A stretch of DNA of 11,155 nt. It comes from Candidatus Cloacimonadota bacterium. GTDB lineage: Bacteria > Cloacimonadota > Cloacimonadia > Cloacimonadales > WRIO01. The notes beneath the pieces were generated by a model. That model made no database searches. It was not told where the DNA came from and worked only from the letters and a program-made list of their open reading frames with translations. The DNA lies in contig JAKQQL010000461.1 in assembly GCA_029564175.1 (NCBI GenBank), positions 1 through 11,155 of the forward strand, written 5' to 3'. The position numbers and the translations under genes are program-made. Of this stretch, positions 8,753-11,155 are shown piece after piece. Positions within the stretch are counted from its first letter, which is position 1. Each line of letters begins with the position of its first letter.

Positions 8753-9955
8753 TCATTTACTTGCTAGCACTCTAACATTAATAAATCGTTCAATATCTGA
8801 CAAATAATAATCCATCTCTTTTCTCTCATTGAACAAAAAAACGATAATACCTATTGCGGCATTTGCACCTGTGAATGAATTAACTTTCTCTCCTGGCTGG
8901 ATATATTGGTGAAATTCCCAAATGAATGGTTTGATTTCATTATCTATTTGAATACTCTGTAAAAATCCGGTGAAGTTCGAATGAACTGCGTAATAAGCTA
9001 CAGGCTTTACCATATAATTTGGTATTTCTATATTCTTACCAAGTAAGACATCAAGTATTGCTTTTACCATATTAAACCCTGTGGCAAGTTCAATAGCTTG
9101 AGGTACAAAGTGTCCTCCACTTCTGGGACCAATTTCCATAACAAACGGTTCTCCTTTGATATTAATACGTGCCTCAATATTAACAGGGCCATTCAAAAAG
9201 CCACTTAGTTTAATAATCTGTGAAACATGTTCAACAATTTCATTAACCTTTTTACTTTCCAGCTTAGTCGGCCAAAGAGTCCCTTTTGGATTGAACGGAT
9301 TGACAGTTCCATTGTAAATATGATCTCCGAGGCAGGTAAATACCAATTTGCCGTTTACCACAAATCCATCTCCATGTATATCAGCAATCTGATTATCAAT
9401 ATATTCTTCTGCGATAACCTTCTTTTCACGCGAAAAAATCATGGCATCGCGAATTGCTTGTAAAGACTGATCTGGGTAATTAATTCGGCTAATTCCTTTA
9501 CTTCCTGATGAATCGATTGGTTTTATTATTAAGGGATAATACATTCCCCGAAGTTTTTCCAAAACTTTTTCATCTTGCGAAATGACTTCAAATCTAGGAG
9601 TATTGAATCCATTTGATTTCAATAGGTTACGGAAAATATGCTTATGTGCAAGATTTAAGATACTGTGATATGAATTTCCAGGTAAACCTAACTTTTCAGA
9701 AACATAAGCAGCTGTGGGAGCAGCGGGATCTGAAGCATAAGCAACGACATAATCAGGTTTTACTTTTTCTGCCAGTTTTAAAACTCCATTTAAATCAGTG
9801 GTGCTGACATTGAAGTATTCATCTGCCAGTTTGTGACCGGGATTTTCAGGAAAATAGTCACAAGTAATAACATACATGTTACGGTTTTTCGCTTCGCGAA
9901 TGATAGGAATTTGCGCATATGCACCGCCAAGAAACAAAATTCTCTTCCGCAACAT
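8753..9955 (-). CDS. ATP-grasp carboxylate-amine ligase (L-amino-acid-ligase-like architecture)
   Basis: 400 aa. N-terminal ILFLGG..AQ...I..AK, YPLIIKPIDSSGSKG, AEEYI, GPVNIE, MEIGPRSGG, and a C-terminal PGEKV......AAIGII segment resembling the LAL C-terminal domain. Its ATG overlaps the vioA stop (TAATG at 9953-9957). Confidence 0.85.
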   Translation of the reverse strand: MLRKRILFLGGAYAQIPIIREAKNRNMYVITCDYFPENPGHKLADEYFNVSTTDLNGVLKLAEKVKPDYVVAYASDPAAPTAAYVSEKLGLPGNSYHSILNLAHKHIFRNLLKSNGFNTPRFEVISQDEKVLEKLRGMYYPLIIKPIDSSGSKGISRINYPDQSLQAIRDAMIFSREKKVIAEEYIDNQIADIHGDGFVVNGKLVFTCLGDHIYNGTVNPFNPKGTLWPTKLESKKVNEIVEHVSQIIKLSGFLNGPVNIEARINIKGEPFVMEIGPRSGGHFVPQAIELATGFNMVKAILDVLLGKNIEIPNYMVKPVAYYAVHSNFTGFLQSIQIDNEIKPFIWEFHQYIQPGEKVNSFTGANAAIGIIVFLFNERKEMDYYLSDIERFINVRVLASK

Positions 9956-11064
9956 TACAGTATTAAATTAACCAACTTTTCGATAGTAGTTTTATCAAGG
10001 TCAGGAAAAAGCGGCAAACAGATCACCTGTTCAGTAATTTTTTCTGCCATCGGCATCTTTCCCGGCTGGGCCGATTCCAAACCACGGTAAGTTGGGAACT
10101 GGCTGATCAGCGGATAAAAATAGCGGCGCCCAAAAATGTTGTGTTGTTTCAACCTTTCATACAAAGCGTCACGCGACATCCCAAACACTTCCTCCTCAAC
10201 GAAAACCGGGAAATATGGATAACAATGCCGTACCCCCTCCATATCCTTCATTACACTCAATCCGTGTATTCCTTTAAGGTTTTCGCGGTAAAACTCCACA
10301 ATCTGCTTCCGTTTTTCAATGTATTCATCCACCCGTTTCAATTGCAACAACCCCAGCGCAGCCTGAACTTCGTTCATCTTGGCATTGATACCGGGAGCGA
10401 CTACAGTTGTCTCCCCTGCAAAACCAAAATTCTTGAGGTAATCAATCCGCTTCTTCATCGTCTCGTCATGACAGACAATCGCTCCACCCTCAAAGGTATT
10501 GAAGACTTTGGTAGCGTGCAAACTCATTACCGACAAATCCCCATAGCTGAGTAAAGGTTCGTTGTTAATGGTAACTCCAAAAGTATGACAGGCATCATAA
10601 ATTACCTTTAATCCGTACGTGTCACCGATCTCCTTGATTCGGTATACATTACATGGATTTCCATAAACATGAACAGGCAAAATTGCTGTTGTCAGAGGAG
10701 TTATGGCTGCTTCTATCTTTTCCGGATCCAGATTACATGTGGCAGGCTCGATATCCACAAACACCGGCTTAATGTTATTCCACCAGAGAGCGTGGGTGGA
10801 AGCCACAAAACTATAAGGTGTTGTTATTACTTCCCCCGTAATTTTTAATGCCTGTAGCGCCGTGACCAATGCCAGCGTACCATTGGAAAATAGCGATATA
10901 TACTTAACACCCAGGTAATCCGCCAGTTCTTTCTCAAATTGGCAATGAAAAGGACCATTGTTGGTCAGGATCCGGTTATTCCAAATGATTTCCAGGGAGG
11001 CAACGAACTCATCCAGCGGAGGCAATGCTGGTTGAGTAACATAAATAGGTTTATCTTCTGGCAT
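9955..11064 (-). CDS. vioA: DegT/DnrJ/EryC1/StrS PLP aminotransferase, VioA-like (dTDP-4-amino-4,6-dideoxyglucose transaminase)
   Basis: 369 aa. IYVTQP.LP, LTNNGP, NGTLAL, PVHVYGNPC, IYDACHTFG, PLP-lysine motif SLHATKVFNTFEGG, GINAKMNE and RRYFYP match the VioA subfamily. The exact sugar specificity is inferred. Confidence 0.85.
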   Translation of the reverse strand: MPEDKPIYVTQPALPPLDEFVASLEIIWNNRILTNNGPFHCQFEKELADYLGVKYISLFSNGTLALVTALQALKITGEVITTPYSFVASTHALWWNNIKPVFVDIEPATCNLDPEKIEAAITPLTTAILPVHVYGNPCNVYRIKEIGDTYGLKVIYDACHTFGVTINNEPLLSYGDLSVMSLHATKVFNTFEGGAIVCHDETMKKRIDYLKNFGFAGETTVVAPGINAKMNEVQAALGLLQLKRVDEYIEKRKQIVEFYRENLKGIHGLSVMKDMEGVRHCYPYFPVFVEEEVFGMSRDALYERLKQHNIFGRRYFYPLISQFPTYRGLESAQPGKMPMAEKITEQVICLPLFPDLDKTTIEKLVNLIL

Positions 11065-11155
11065 TGATAAAAGATTTTACTTTGGCGACGACAATTTGTT
11101 TCAGAAAAAGATAGGGAGAAAGTTTTGTGATTTCACTACCAGAAATAACCAGAAT
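11051..11155 (-). CDS. 3' end of the upstream gene, probably a Wzx-type flippase (partial)
   Basis: Open frame from the window edge: ILVISGSEITKLSPYLFLKQIVVAKVKSFINARR*, overlapping the vioA start by 14 nt. It resembles the hydrophobic-then-basic C-terminal tail of WzxC-like flippases. Only 34 codons are visible. Confidence 0.5.
   Translation of the reverse strand: MLVISGSEITKLSPYLFLKQIVVAKVKSFINARR

Noticed and set aside
841..10554. All plus-strand ORFs of 60-137 aa in the ORF track
   Set aside because: Each lies wholly or mostly antisense to a well-supported minus-strand gene and shows no recognisable motif; they are shadow ORFs.

Overview
One minus-strand surface-glycan biosynthesis locus, probably from a Bacteroidota genome. 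That assignment is inferred from the protein families and from AT-rich start regions without obvious Shine-Dalgarno sites. In transcription order (right to left): the 3' end of a probable Wzx flippase; a VioA-type DegT/DnrJ aminotransferase; an ATP-grasp ligase coupled to it by a TAATG overlap; a second, 'sugar-transfer associated' ATP-grasp; a GNAT acetyltransferase; a two-domain GT2/GT-A fusion; a GT4; a WbsX/GH99-like protein; and two GT2s. Reading outside the ORF track shows two unlisted relics: a frameshifted GT4 C-terminal remnant (about 4869-5060) overlapping the end of the fusion gene, and a 55-codon truncated gmd (354-521). The most interesting candidate system is the vioA / ATP-grasp / ATP-grasp_ST / GNAT module, which could build an aminoacyl- or peptidyl-decorated 4-amino-6-deoxyhexose. 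GC steps and relics point to a mosaic, remodelled cassette. All family calls come from motif recognition by eye, and GC values are hand counts on small samples; no searches were run.
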